Origin: Antedon mediterranea
Taxonomy: Eukaryota > Animalia > Echinodermata
Assembly (NCBI RefSeq): GCF_964355755.1
Contig: NC_092673.1
Span: forward strand, 19,155,648-19,219,647
Length of the DNA stretch: 64,000 nucleotides
Direction of reading: 5' to 3'
Shown piece after piece: positions 38,491 through 53,400 of the stretch. Made by a program: the position numbers and the translations under genes. Below the pieces are notes generated by a model. It was not told where the DNA came from. It did not search any database and saw only the letters and a program-made list of their open reading frames with translations. Positions within the stretch are counted from its first letter, which is position 1. Every line of letters starts with the position of its first letter.

Positions 38491-40464
38491 TGTGCTAGCA
38501 TTACAACATATTATACTTTAGATTTTTAAACTGTTATACTTGTTATTAAACAAATAAAGCATATTGTGTACATTGTGCGATTGTAAAATCTAAGTTTATC
38601 ACCAAGTTGATATTAAACTGGCCATGGTCTCATCTTTAAATATTTAAAAAATTATTTTGTTCATAATAATTGATTGACAGATCAACAACTGGAAACATTG
38701 TTTTGTGGATTCATTTTCCCAAACGGCAATTATGACTTTTCTTTAATTAATACACAACAAATGGCTGCCATTCAGTTTGGCCCACTTTACTTTAAACCCC
38801 AAAAAACCCAGCAAAAACATCCCTCTAGGCAATTGTGAGTATCAGAAAAACATATCAGTTATTTGGTCAAAAATGCTGTTAATCTCTCTCTAGGCTGGGT
38901 GCAAGGGGGCCGCCAGGGGGTCTAGAGGGCAAAGCCCCCGGAAGTAACGCGTTCTAGCGTCTTTTGAGGCCATTTTAATCAGATTTAGGGTAGCCACTTT
39001 TTCCATTTTTCATAATGCATAAATAAAATACTGCGTGCAAAAAACCGATGCGCAATGATGACTGTGGCAATCCATTTCAATTTTAAAAATGAAGTGACCT
39101 TTAAAGTTCAAAATATGCCTATATTTATCGAGTATATTGTAGCATAGAAAATATACACAAACGTAAAACGTACCCACAGGCAGGAACTGAGCTAAGACAT
39201 TTTTGAAAATTAGAGCTGATTATAGGTCCTGGAAAATGCACTTATTGTGCTTCGAAATTTGAAATGAAATTTATAAGTACCTAAGAAAATTTTGAAAACT
39301 AGACCTGCAGGTCTTCAAAAATTGCATCTTATAATTTGAAAACATCGGGCCTAGAGGCTTAAAAAAGTGGTTAATTGGGGTGGGTGGGTGGTGTGTGTCT
39401 GCAAGCGTAGACCATTTTCAGTCGCGAAAATCAGTATACCTCGCAAGTGTATTTATGCTTAACATCTGGACTTTGAGTATGGTGAGAAGTTCTTGACATA
39501 CAGGACATTGAAAACTTAATAACTAAACTATAATAAGATGTTGTTGGCTAAGCGAAAATAGCATGTTTTTTGTTTAGTAATGTATGAAATATTTATTTTA
39601 GGTGCCCCACGGTACAGAGGGTTAATTGTAAATTAAAAAATTGGTGAACATACGAATAATTAACATAACTTGTTTTTGCTGTAGCGTACGTCGATACACA
39701 GTACACAAAGTAACGCGAACGATTCGTACAAAGGCCAGACAAGTGCATTCTTTTGTTTAGTAGTTAGATCGCTGGCAAAATGAATGCATAGTGCATAATA
39801 ATAGCCCTCTGACGTACTCACGGTCAATTGAACGTCGTGGTTTTCTAGGTGCTGAAGTGAACGTGAACAATGTGTATATTATTCCCCGACAAAACTTTGG
39901 TGGGAAAGCTAGTCTCCCGTAGCTCGTACTAGGACTTTTTGAAGTCGAAGTTCGAACTACGACTAAAGTCTGGTTTAAAGAATACGGGCGTATCACTGTA
40001 CTATCAGACTAATATACCTTTTTTTATTTTCACGTCAGACATGTTTTGTTCAAAGATATTCAGCAGCCTAACTTCTGTGACCTTTGTAACAGACATTAGT
40101 AGGTTTGAAATTACCTTTTAACTCAAGTTTATTGAACAATTCATGTGCTATTAAACGAGAGGCCTGAAAGGTAAGTGATAACATAGGCAGAATTTGAGCA
40201 AAAGATAGTATCACCCTTGTAGTGTGTGCACCAAGATTAGCTTTTAAGCCTCTGAATTTCGAATTAAAATCTGTAATTTTATTGTATTGCAATTTTTGCT
40301 GTACAGTAAAATTAAAATAGTCAGAAAACACTTGTTTCAATGGATGCAACTGGGTTGCCATGAACCAACATTTCCAAACAAAGTATTGCTATTCCTGTAA
40401 TTGTCATAAAACAAAGCACAATTATGCAAGTCAAATTAAATATTCTGTAAAAATAATATAAAAA

Positions 40465-40635
40465 CTCACATTACAACTGAATCTGAACAACACAATTGTT
40501 GGTACCCTACCCTGGAAACAATCCTCCATCCACTGGTAAATCAGTTCGACTGAAAAGCTCTACATAAACACGCTACTTGACTATAAGGTGTTTATAATTG
40601 TCACTGCTTCTGTGCATCACATGACTTCCTAATCA
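40465..40635 (-). promoter_or_regulatory. Candidate promoter and non-coding first exon of the ankyrin-ZU5 gene
   Basis: Minus strand: AGGAAGT (ETS-like) overlapping TCATGTGA (E/M-box), TATAAA near 40591-40596, and a GTGAGT donor near 40464-40469. Short motifs only. Confidence 0.25.
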
Positions 40636-41797
40636 ATCTTGCATGCTAGCCTATAATAGAAAATATAAGTCTTGTTTACCTATCTATCGTTTGCAAACTT
40701 CATTTAAACAAAGATAGTGTTAGGAAGATATCATAATTCATATTCGACCAATGCAAACGAATGAATTATGAGCGGAGCTAGTGCCATATACAAAGAGTTA
40801 CAACATTGGGTTAAACTTCAAAGTCATGTGATATACAGATCAAACTTTTTCAAAATTATCTCCATTAATCCATGTAAAGTATAGATTAGGAGCAACAAAT
40901 ACTTTAAACGTTTTCTTATATTTTTAAAAATGTAATTGCATATTTGATGGTGAATTATTGATGTGCAAAGTGTACAGAAGTACTTGCTTGCGCTAGTACA
41001 TTATAAGATTTATTGATTTTGGAACAAAACATCACATAACTATGTATAATTTTAATTCATAATAGATGCTTTGCTGATTAAATAAAATTAATAAAGTGTC
41101 GTGGATATATTTGTTAATAATATTTTGTGCTTTAGGATAATAATGTGTATTTTGATTACCAGGAATTGTTTAGGTATAAAAAACAATTTATATTAAGGCT
41201 AATTAGGAGGCTCTGTTTGGTTAATAGAGGCCTACTATGCCATTTTATGTTGTAATAATATTATTGATAATATTATTTATTGGCCTATATACTTGTTAAT
41301 TATTGGTACTCAGGTATATCAAGAAGGAAAAAAGATATCCATGGGAAAGCCAATCCTACTTCACATCACATTCATTTTATTTATCAGAAATTGGTATTTG
41401 TATGGAGAATGCACTAGAATCTATAGATATTAAATGTATCACCTAATTATAAATTATTAATTTAAAAAAAATCATATTTTGCATAATGAAAGAAAAACTA
41501 CTGTCTGTATTTTATTGTGAGCAGTCTACCAGCTTTATACAAAATATTTTAAAATAACAATTATGGATAAAAAAAATGGATATTACAATAAGAACAGAAC
41601 TTTATTTTGAATTAAATATATTTATTATGAGATAAACAATTGTTTATTCAATAATGATATCATTTATTGTTCATTTATTATTAAAAACCAAAAGTGTTAT
41701 TTTGCACCGCCATTTTAGTATGTGGAGGTCTGAAATCATAAAAATTAAATGGTGGGAGACTTTATAAAAGCATGGCGAAATAGGACATTTTAAAATT

Positions 41798-43400
41798 CGC
41801 CGTGGTTAGGATTCCGGCACCGGAACTCAACTGCCCAGCGTTAGGGAATCCGACACGCTATTGCGCATGCCCAGAGCGAGGTAATCGGCGACTCTATACT
41901 TATCAACAGCGATGGATCATTTCATAGCTGCGCCACACGGCGAACACTAGCCTAGGTGCCTACTAATACTATAATAGTAAATACGGGATCCACTAATCTA
42001 GGCTAGGGCTACCAGTTAGACGTGACCAGTAGGCCTATTTATTTTGTAATTAAAAAGTGGTTGCTTCATTCATATATAAACTTCATATCATTATGAATTA
42101 TATAATTACATGACTAGTTTTATGATTTTTCATAACGCATTTTACTGTACATAACAACATGCAATCACAAATTGATTTGTTGACGGCAGCCACCGCGTGG
42201 ATGTCAAAAAACTGTTAGGAAGTCAGGGTCGCAACGCTAGCATTACGATTCTTAGATAGATACTGATTCTTATTAATATCATTATAATTATTTTAACGCG
42301 TGGCGTAGTCGTATTTTAATTATTAATTCATGTATGGCATAGGCCAAGTTTCATCCATCGCTCGCTCCCCCCGTGCAACGACTATCTAGGGCTACAGTAA
42401 TCCCAATCCTAACACTCCGACTCTCGGTGGTGTGTGTGTGGCACTAAAAAGTGCAAGCAAAGAATATATACCACAAGAATGAGTATTCCGCGATTTTTGC
42501 ATGAGAAATTTGTAACAGAGAGCTCCAGTGAGTGATGCCCGCCCTCATAAGGGCGGATGTATACATACTAAATAAGACTTGATTTAATAGATATTATACA
42601 TGTCACATTAAATAGAATTATGATAATAGTTTTTGCAATTGTAAACTATTTTATAATACATATTTATTAACAAACTAGTGTACATTCACTTTTACAGACA
42701 ATTATTTACTAACATGCTAAGTTAGTTCACAAAAAAGGCCTAACACAGCAACACCAAAAATCAACGAATCGTTACTCAGCACGGCCTATTCTTTACCATT
42801 GCCGTGTTCTGCTCTACGCCCGGTAAATTAAGTATTGTTTTTATGATATAAATTAGTATAAAATACATGTTGTTAATAGGACAAAATGTTAAATGTCATT
42901 AACATTTATTTGTTTTACCAGAAACAAGTTAAATATAGGAATATTATTAAACTATCTTTCGTGAAAACGCGTAAACAACAACACGCCCGGTCACGCTATC
43001 GTAGCGCCCGGTTGATAAAGCAAACTGTTTATACCGCAGTTTTTACTAAATAAATTGCATAAAACGAACAATTAAATATCCAAATAGTATTTAACATGAT
43101 GTTGGCATGTAGTTTTTAACATTTTTTATCATGAAAATACTACCGGTGGTCCAGCCTTTGATTAGTGAAACCGTCACAAAAAGTTGTATACATCCCAGAT
43201 ACATCCACACTTATGGCGGCGCCCTACCACATGGACAATATTACTGTTACAGGGAAAATCGCGGATTACTCATTCTTGTGATATATATTCTTTGGTGCAA
43301 GCTATAATTCACTTCCCAGAGCTCTGGGCATGCGCAATAGCGTGTCGGATTCGCTAACAGTGGGCAGTTGAGTTCCGGTGCCGGAATCCTAACCACGGCA
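41798..43400. mobile_element. Mutator/MULE-like non-autonomous element
   Basis: About 80-bp TIRs gccgtggttaggattccggcaccggaactcaactgccca...; 9-bp target duplication tttaaaatt (41789-41797 and 43401-43409). Confidence 0.85.
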
Positions 43401-43624
43401 TTTAAAATTTTGATTACAACCATGGGGCCTAGGCTTCTTTCCACAGTCTATTATTAGCCCTCCCCTCTAAATCCTGGATCTACTCCTGGTGTATTTCTAC
43501 CAAAATGAGTGTGGTATTATGTTATGCAGGTTAGACAAACTTACTGATTCAACAGATTTTTACAATCTTCTGTCATGTGAAATATAAAGCATGCATTATA
43601 GACTACAGAAATAAACTACCGTAT

Positions 43625-46600
43625 TATACCCCACACAAATACCCTGACTAACAGCCCTGGGGCAGCAGTGCATTTTAGTCTATTAATAAATGGATCATAA
43701 AGTAAGGTAGTACAATACCCCACACAAATACCCTGACTAACAGCCCTGGGGAAGCAGTGCATTTTAGTCTATTAATAAATGGATCATAAAGTAATTAAGG
43801 TAGTACAATACCCACACAAATACCCTGACTAACAGCCCTGGGGAAGCAGTGCATTTTAGTCTATAAATAAATGGATCATAAAGTAAGGTAGTACAATACC
43901 CCACACAAATACCCTGACTAACAGCCCTGTGGAAGCAGTGCATTTTAGTCTATAAAAAAAGGAACATAAAGTAAGGTAGTACAATACCCACACAAATACC
44001 CTTGACTAACAGCCCTGGGGAAGCAGTGCATTATAGTCTATTAATAAATGGATCATAAAGTAAGGTAGTACAATACCCACACAAATACCCTGACTAACAG
44101 CCCTGGGGAAGCAGTGCACTTTAGTCTATTAATAAATGGATCATAAAGTAAGGTAGTACAATACCCCACACAAATACCCTGACTAACAGCCCTGGGGAAG
44201 CAGTGCATTTTAGTCTATTAATAAATGGATCATAAAGTAAGGTAGTACAATACCCACACAAATACCCTGACTAACAGCCCTGGGGAAGCAGTGCATTATA
44301 GTCTATTAATAAATGGATCATAAAGTAAGGTAGTACAATACCCACACAAATACCCTGACTAACAGCCCTGGGAAAGCAGTGCATTTTAGTCTATTAATAA
44401 ATGGATCATAAAGTAAGGTAGTACAATACCCCACACAAATACCCTGACTAACAGCCCTGGGGAAGCAGTGCATTTTAGTCTATTAATAAATGGATCATAA
44501 AGTAAGGTAGTACAATACCCCACACAATTACCCTGACTAACAGCCCTGGGGAAGCAGTGCATTTAGTCTATTAATAAATGGATCATAAAGTAAGGTAGTA
44601 CAATACCCCACACAAATACCCTGACTAACAGCCCTGTGGAAGCAGTGCATTTTAGTGTAGTAATAAATGGATCATAAAGTAAGGTAGTACAATACCTCAC
44701 ACAAATACCCTGACTAACAGCCCTGGGGAAGCAGTGCATTTTAGTCTATTAATAAATGGATCATAAAGTAAGGTAGTACAATACCCCACACAAATACCCT
44801 GACTAACAGCCCTGTGGAAGCAGTGCATTTTAGTCTAGTAATAAATGGATCATAAAGTAAGGTAGTACAATACCTCACACAAATACCCTGACTAACAGCC
44901 CTGGGGAAGCAGTGCATTTTAGTCTATTAATAAATGGATCATAAAGTAAGGTAGTACAATACCCCACACAAATACCCTTGACTAACAGCCCTGGGGAAGC
45001 AGTGCATTTTAGTCTATTAATAAATGGATCATAAAGTAAGGTAGTACAATACCACACACAAATACCCTGACTAACAGCCCTGGGGAAGCAGTGCATTTTA
45101 GTCTATTAATAAATGGATCATAAAGTAAGGTAGTACAATACCCCACACAAATACCCTGACTAACAGTCCTGGGGAAGCAGTGCATTTTACTCTAGTAATA
45201 AATGGATCATAAAGTAAGGTAGTACAATACCCCACACAAATACCCTGACTAACAGCCCTGGGGAAGCAGTGCATTTTAGTCTATTAATAAATGGATCATA
45301 AAGTAAGGTAGTACAATACCCCACACAAATACCCTGACTAACAGCCCTGGGGAAGCAGTGCATTTTAGTCTATTAATAAATGGATCATAAAGTAATTAAG
45401 GTAGTACAATACCCCACACAAATACCCTGACTAACAGCCCTGGGGAAGCAGTGCATCTTAGTCTATTAATAAATGGATCATAAAGTAAGGTAGTACAGTA
45501 CAATACCCCACACAAATACCCTGACTAACAGCCCTGGAGAAGCAGTGCATTTTAGTCTATTAATAAATGGATCATAAAGTAAGGTAGTACAATACCCCAC
45601 ACAAATACCCTGACTAACAGCCCTGGAGAAGCAGTACATTTTAGTCTATTAATAAATGGATCATAAAGTAAGGCAGTACAATACCCCACACAAATACCCT
45701 GATTAACAGCCCTGGGGAAGCAGTGCATTTTAGTCTATTAACACTTTGACTGCCAAACACGAAGATCTTCGTTTTTGGAAACACAACGCTTGACTGCCAA
45801 ACACGAAGATCTTCGTTTTTCGCGTTTTTTTACGAAATCCGGTAGATAGGTTAATTATTGGTATATACTATAAATATGGACACTAAATTCGGTCTGGACC
45901 ATGAATATTTTACCTTTTGAAAGTAACTAATCTGGTTATGAACGATTGTCAAAATGGTACCTGTCGAAATAACATACACCGCGCATCACAGTAGCGCGTA
46001 CAGCGATGGTTTGGCGCATTGTGTATCGGTCGCGCTCTAGCTATGCCGCCGAAGCATTACAAAGGTTTATGTGGATTGGCATGTTTGTTTGTTATCTGAA
46101 TAAAAAATAATGGATGAATTTTCAATAAGAAGTCATTAATTTTATTATTGTATGTATACCCTAATTGTTTTGGTGTTTCACTGTAAGTGGCTGAGTTTCA
46201 CGCAACAAACTTGATTAGAAATGGTATGAATATTATCATCAGTTTACTAGCTAGGCTAGTAGTAGTACGTAGTACTAGCCTAGGCTAGCCTAGGCCTAGT
46301 CATAAAACGGTTCCGGGCCAACTTTAGGCCTAGTTAACTAGGCCTGGAGTCTTTACTATGTGGATTTTGGCGAAACATTGATGTAAGATTTATGATTTAT
46401 AAAATGTAATACATTTTTCGATAGTGATAACTTGTTTTTATAGGCCTACCGGTGCCGTGTAAGTAACTTGTTCGTTGTTTGTTGATCTCACCGGGCGATA
46501 TTTTCATATTGTGATGTCTTGCACAAAATCGCGAATATCTCTACTTCTTGCGCGAAACTACGAAAAACTCACAAAGTGCGTTACTTTCATTTTACTATTA

Positions 46601-47012
46601 CGATTTACATTTTGCGATTTGAAAATCGTTCTTGGTACCATTGTAAAGCTAAAATCTTTATGATTATTTTAGTCTAAATTACATGTAAATCAGATCACAT
46701 ACATAGTTTCAATCAGCTTTAATAAAAACATCGAATTGGGCTATAAACGCTGGCGGTGGCAGTTTCTAACTGGAAAAACCTCTGGCAGTCAAAGTGTTAA
46801 TAAATGGATCATAAAGTAAGGTAGTACAATACCCCACACAAATACCCTGACTAACAGCCCTGGAGAAGCAGTGCATTTTAGTCTATTAATAAATGGATCA
46901 TAAAGTAAGGTAATACAATACCCCACACAAATACCCTGACTAACAGCCCTGGGGAAGCAGTGCGTTTTAGTCTATTAATAAATGGATCATAAAGTAAGGT
47001 AGTACAATACCA
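43625..47012. repeat. 89-bp satellite, about 26 copies, interrupted by a transposon
   Basis: Unit accccacacaaataccctgactaacagccctggggaagcagtgcattttagtctattaataaatggatcataaagtaaggtagtacaat. Confidence 0.95.
45742..46796. mobile_element. piggyBac-like non-autonomous element
   Basis: TTAA duplicated; TIR cactttgactgcca / tggcagtcaaagtg; sub-terminal direct repeat at the left end. Confidence 0.85.
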
Positions 47013-47911
47013 ACAAATAAATAGTTTCAAAGATTGAGGCCTCGGACGTTTTTAGCATTTTCGACATATTCTATGCCTGTTCCTCTGGGCACTGCTCATG
47101 GGCCCCAAGCTTCGATTTAGCCAGTGAGCGCACATAGCCATTACGCCACTGATTATACTGTTCAAATATGTATGAATACATACAGGGCAACAAAGAACGT
47201 GCGAAAGAAGCGCAGTCAACAACAAGGTTAAATGTCGTTGCACATGTGCAGTAAACAATACAGTATTAGGCACGCGACCGTTTCGTTGTTACCATGCGGT
47301 TAATTAAACTGTAACATTGTGGGCGGTCCGCGGTCTGTCGGCGAGAGTCAAGGAACCCTTGATCTCACGTCGATGCATATCCTTCTATTCTTTAATCCAT
47401 GGTCTTGCATACTTATATTAACAAAGAACGTCCTTTTGTAAAGAACATGTTAACACTTTAACAGTCAAGTTGGTTAAGTCAATAAAAGAGTGTACACACA
47501 AAAGCAAGACACTGTGTACTATCATGGAGGAAAAAATAATGTAATCTTTTTATTTCCTTCATGATATTACCAAGTATTTAAATTCACAAATGATTATTCT
47601 TATGTGTTAGTTGTAAACAACATGACATTTTTTTAATGAATATTTCAGTGATACCCTCACAGCATTCTAATTCTGATTTCCACTAATCCTCTTCTGGATG
47701 TCACCATAGGAAATAGAATGCTGAGGATGGTGATAGGTGACAGTCAAATATTTGTCCACAATTGTTGACCAGTTTTATCCTTATCCTGATATTTATATTA
47801 ACTTAATTATTAAATAATTTATATAAATTTAAATTATATATAATAAACAAAAACCACAACAAGCCTGTTCACTATGCATGTTACCATTACCATTTCTGAA
47901 CCAATCAAAAT

Positions 47912-48490
47912 GAAACTTACACCTAAATTCCCCATTAGTATGGAGAGTGCCCTTATATAAAATGTATCACTTAATTAACACTCCATATGAACAATAAAAA
48001 CTTACACCTAAATTCTCCATTAGTATGGAGAGTGCCCTTATATAAAATGTATCACCTAATTAACAATCCATATGAACAATAAAAACTTACACCTAAATTC
48101 CCCATTAGTATGGAGAGTGCCCTTATATAAAATGTATCACCTAATTAACACTCCATATGAACAATAAAAACTTACACCTAAATTCTCCATTAGTATGGAG
48201 AGTGTCCTTATATAAAATGTATCACCTAATTAACAATCCATATGAACAATAAAAACTTACACCTAAATTCTCCATTAGTATGGAGAGTGTCCTTATATAA
48301 AATGTATCACCTAATTAACAATCCATATGAACAATAAAAACTTACACCTAAATTCCCCATTAGTATGGAGTGTGTCCTTATATCAAATGTATCACCTAAT
48401 TAACACTCCTTATGAACAATAAAAACTTACACCTAAATTCCCCATTAGTATGGAGAGTGCCCTTATATAAAATGTATCACCTAATTATGA
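47912..48490. repeat. 85-bp tandem repeat, about 6.7 copies
   Basis: cttacacctaaattc recurs at 47916, 48001, 48086 and onward; a diverged single relative lies near 41400-41570. Confidence 0.92.
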
Positions 48491-49779
48491 ATATCTAACC
48501 TACAAAATCGTAATTTGCATAATGAAACTAAGATACACTATCTGTGAGTAGTGTGCATGCTTTATGCAAAATTAAACAAAAAATAACAATCCACATGAAC
48601 AATAAAAACATTTTGTTTGCTTTTTTATTTTAAATTGTTTTATTATCATGACAATGACAAATACATCCAAACTGTCAATCATCAGTCATTAAGCTTTATT
48701 TTGTTGTTGCTTAAATTTAAACATTAATTATTGTTGTTCTTAAGTTCACCAGGTTCAAATTTATTCAACAGGGGTCCACAGGGTACTGGATATATTGTCC
48801 CCCAAAAACATGAAAAATGAAGATTAATAAAATCAAACTTTGAATAGGGAATTCTGCAGTTTCAACCCATTGTCTGATAATTTGACTATTTTTTGCATTA
48901 TTTTCAGGTAAAAAATTTTATTTTCGCTCCAATTTTTGGTCAAAGTGAATAACTATTATGAAATTAAAATTGCATATTCAAGAAAAATATATATATATTT
49001 TCCAGGTGACAATATATCTTTAATGGATTTCAGTATACAGGAGCAAATCTGTCATGCTTATTAAACTGCAAAAACTATCCTATTTAGGACATTTTTTTAA
49101 ATTGCCTACAATTCTTTAAAAAGAAATTATATATTCTTTGTAATACTAGCGACTTGAGTGTTTAAACTTAAAGTATCTTTTTTTATATTTATATTGTACA
49201 CATAATGCCAAAATATATATATTTGTGTAAATACTTTATTTGTCACTCTCATAATATAATAATATAACTTTAACAATTATGACAAAAAAGACCAAAACAA
49301 ATCTAAAGTTGAATTGAATTTGTTGGGGGAAGAATTTATTTAAAAAAAAAAGAGTTATTGAAGAGGGTTGGGGGTTGGTGAGTATAGGGAGATACTGGAG
49401 TCGGGTGTTATGTACTGAGAAGGCTTTAAACTAAGTTTGAAACCCGCCCTGGGGCGGGTAAAATTGCTAGTATATTATAAGGTCAATTTGACAATGATAA
49501 TTATTAAATTGTCAATTGTGATTTATTTTTAAATGTTTACAACATTCTTCTAATGATTTTTTTTTCTATTTTGTAGTAACATATTGATTGATATTCATAT
49601 CTAGTTATTGTTAACAACCTCTTTATCAACTGCAATTTATTAAAACTTAACAAGATAAACACCCAAGAAAATGGCCTGGTTATTTAATATTAGATTCTTT
49701 GTCTCTATGGTGTACCAATGGAAGCCTCTGGTTCAAAAAAAGGGTTTTTTACCACCTTTTTTAAACCTAATCATCATCA

Positions 49780-50345
49780 TGATGAAAATTGCATCAATAA
49801 AATGGCACAGATAATGAAAATTGTACTGATGGTGAAAATCGTATTGATGGTGAAAATTGTATTAATGGTGAAAATTGTACTGATGGTGAAAATCGTATTG
49901 ATGGTGAAAATTGTATTGATGGTGAAAATTGTATTGATAATAAAAATTGTATTGATGGTGAAAATTGTATTGATGGTGAAAATTGTACTGATGGTGAAAA
50001 TTGTATTGATGGTGAAAATTGTATTGATGGTGAAAATTGTATTGATAATGAAAATTGTATTGATGGTGAAAATTGTATTGATGGTGAAAATTGTATTGAT
50101 GGTGAAAATTGTATTGATGGTGAAAATTGTATTGATGATGAAAATTGTATTGATGGTGAAAATTGTACTGATGGTGAAAATTGTACTGATGGTGAAAATT
50201 GTATTGATGGTGAAAATTGTATTGATGGTGAAAATTGTATTGATGGTGAAAATTGTATTGATGGTGAAAATTGTATTGATGCTGAAAATTGTATTGATGC
50301 TGAAAATTGTATTGATGCTGAAAATTGTATTGATGCTGAAAAATG
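49780..50345. repeat. 18-bp minisatellite (gatggtgaaaattgtatt), about 31 copies
   Basis: Direct reading; it produces the periodic ORFs 49718..50407 and 49794..50387. Confidence 0.95.
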
Positions 50346-50414
50346 TTGCCTATTTTGAAGGGAAAATAGTCCAGGACTACACTTCATTTAATTTGAGCAT
50401 AAAATAGCCTAAGC

Positions 50415-53400
50415 GGGTCAGTCTAATTACCGAAAACAACCGAAAATAACCGAAAACAACCACAAACAACCGTAAACAATCGAAAACAAACCAATAAACA
50501 AAATAAAAAATTAATATTTTTTTTAATGTCGCTCTCTATTGATGAGTGTTTCTAAAGCTAAGACCGTACAGAGAGAAAACCACATGCGCAAAAGCCAAGG
50601 AAGATCCTACGAAATGGTAGTGTGCACAAAATACAACTCCAAAAAATCGTACAAATTCAATGATATACACCGTAGACTACATTTACTTCCAAAATCTAAC
50701 ACATTTCGTTTTTAGTCTTTAGATTTTCAAAAACAAAGCATGATTTTACCTAACTTTGCATTTTCGTCACTATACTGAAGTGATTAAGGATAAAAACGTT
50801 ATTTACTCGACTACGGTAATTTTACTGAATAGATTTTATTGAATCCTTAATCGTGAGCTGGTTTTAAGTATACTTTATAGTCCCTAATGTTATCAATATT
50901 CTTAAAATATCATTTTTGTATTATTATCTTTGAAAATCTATAATTAAATTGATCATGATTAACCATAGTCAATTTACTTTCTATACTATGGATTAACGTG
51001 ATTCACAATTATTGTGAGGAGTAAATGCGTTGGTTTCTGGATCAAAAATCGAAATGACTAAAATTAAAATATGTTCATAGATTCTGTATGTAAGTAAATG
51101 CGATGTTATCATTGATTGATTGTACGATTTTTAGTTGTATTTTGTGCACACTACCATTTCGTAGGGTCTTCCTTGGCTTTTGCGCACGCGGTCTTAACCT
51201 TCTCTCTGTCATGGTCTTAACTCTAGAAACAACCATCAGTAGAGGGCGACATTAAAAATGTATATACAAATTTGTTTTCGGTATTTAGATTATTAGGTTA
51301 TATGCATTATCATGCATATAACCTCTTGATTCTGTCAAAATCTTTATTTATTGGTTATCCGCCTCAAGCGGATAAGCCCTTGGAATTGTAGTGTTTCTTT
51401 TTTTTTATTATTCTTCTTTCTTTCCGCCACTTTTTGTACGCGACGTTTCTCTGCAACGTGTTAACATAAAATGTTGTAACTTGGTAAACATTTAGAAATT
51501 TAACTGAAGATGTGCAGCCAAGCTTTTGGACGCTGTCAGATCCGCGTAGCGTAAGTCACGCGCGATTTTCTGAAAATCTTAAATTGATCATAACTTCGAA
51601 ACCGATAAATATTTTTTAACGTAACTTGCAGCCACGTTTTCTTCACATCAATGACTAACTTTTTCAATCTCTAGCACATTTTTGGAGACTAGAAAGTTTG
51701 CGCGTAAATTGCGTTTGAAATTTTAAAATGCTCCAAATTTGTACACGCTGTTTCTCTGCAACGCGTGAACATAACATGTTGTAACTTGGTCAACATATAG
51801 ACATTTAACTGAAGATGTGCAGCCAAGCTTTTGGACGCTGTATCATGATCTTATCGTAAGTTACGCGCGATTTTCTGAAAATCTTAAATTGATCATAACT
51901 TTGAAACAGATAAATATTTTTTAACGTAATTTTCAGCCACGTTTGCTTTACATTAATTGTTAACTTTTTTATCCCTACCGAATTTTGTAACATTAGAAAG
52001 TGCGTGCGTAAACGGCGTTTGAAATTTTAAAATGCTTCAAATCAATTTCTGATTAAATTAGAGCACGTTTCAGGTCATTTTAAGGGTTTAAAAATTGCCA
52101 CTGGTGCGCACTTTTTTACGCGCGCACGGCGCAGGGAACGCGTATGAGCTTTTCTTTTACATAAATTGTGTTTTTCAAACTTAGGTTAACAATTTTACGT
52201 TATTTTATTCACTTTTCAACTTGAAATGGCGTTCTACGAGCACGTTAAACATGACTGGTTGCGCACAAAAAAGTCAACAAATTGTGAAAATGTTGCAAAA
52301 TATGTCTACTTTTAAAAGTGATACAGTTCATCAGAATGCAAGGTTACCCCCATTTTTTATTTTATTTTATCACAGTCTATGAATTGTAGATCTGATTTAT
52401 TATAGTGTTGAATGTTAAAACGTTTTTGATGGCTACATTATTTGCATATTAAATATAATTTTCGAAATTTTTATCATCAAACAAACAATAACATATTCAA
52501 AGAGCAAAACAATAAACATAATGTTTATCTTTTTTCTTTACATGTTGATATATAAAACTTGAAAGTATGCACTTTGCTAATATGTCACTGTTTAAAATTT
52601 GTGAAGATTTCATCATAGTAAAAATTATGATTTAGTTTGATAAGTAATAATCTATTTGCATCGAGTGGTTCACGACATACCGAATGAACGAGGAAACTTT
52701 CGTCGGATTTTCTTCAGCAGGTGCTCATATGGCTCGATGTGTAGTGCCACCGACTTTGGTATCAGAGGTACCGGGATCGAGTCCCGTCACGGGAAAACAA
52801 TTTAATAAAAGGATTTATTTGGTTGTTACACTGAAAAGGCAGTTTTAATTTTGAATAGGCTACTTTTTGGAAAAGCCATAACTGAAAAGTACTTGAATGC
52901 GCACAAGATACGTTTTGTTGCGGGCGGATAACCAAACTCGTCCTCAAGTGACGAGTTCAGATCTAGTTTATTTATTCTTTCCTTAGCACTATTTTGTCCG
53001 TGAATTATCTTGATATCAGTTTCATCTATTTAAGTCAATTTTTCAGAGTATATTCCTTATGGCCAGGAATCGATGTGGTTATATTTTCACGATGCGTAAT
53101 CAAAAATTACGCGGTCTACGCGCGATTTTACGAAATCACGTTTGTAATCATATCTTCACAAGCATGAATCACAATTAAACAAAATTTGGTACTCATAAAT
53201 TTCAGGTCATATTTCATCATATGGCAATACAATTACGTGCGTAGCGCATATAACGCTTGCGTACGCGCGCTTAAAATGTTCAAAATTGTCAAAATTTATT
53301 TTCGATGAAATTAGAGTACGTTTCAGGCAATTTTAAGCGTTTAAAAAATTGCCATGAGTGCGCAGATTTTTGCACGCGCACTGCGCGTTATACGTTAATG

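Noticed and set aside
33170-47012. Regular repeats as CRISPR arrays
   Set aside because: Units are head-to-tail with no unique spacers, there are no cas genes, and the context is eukaryotic.
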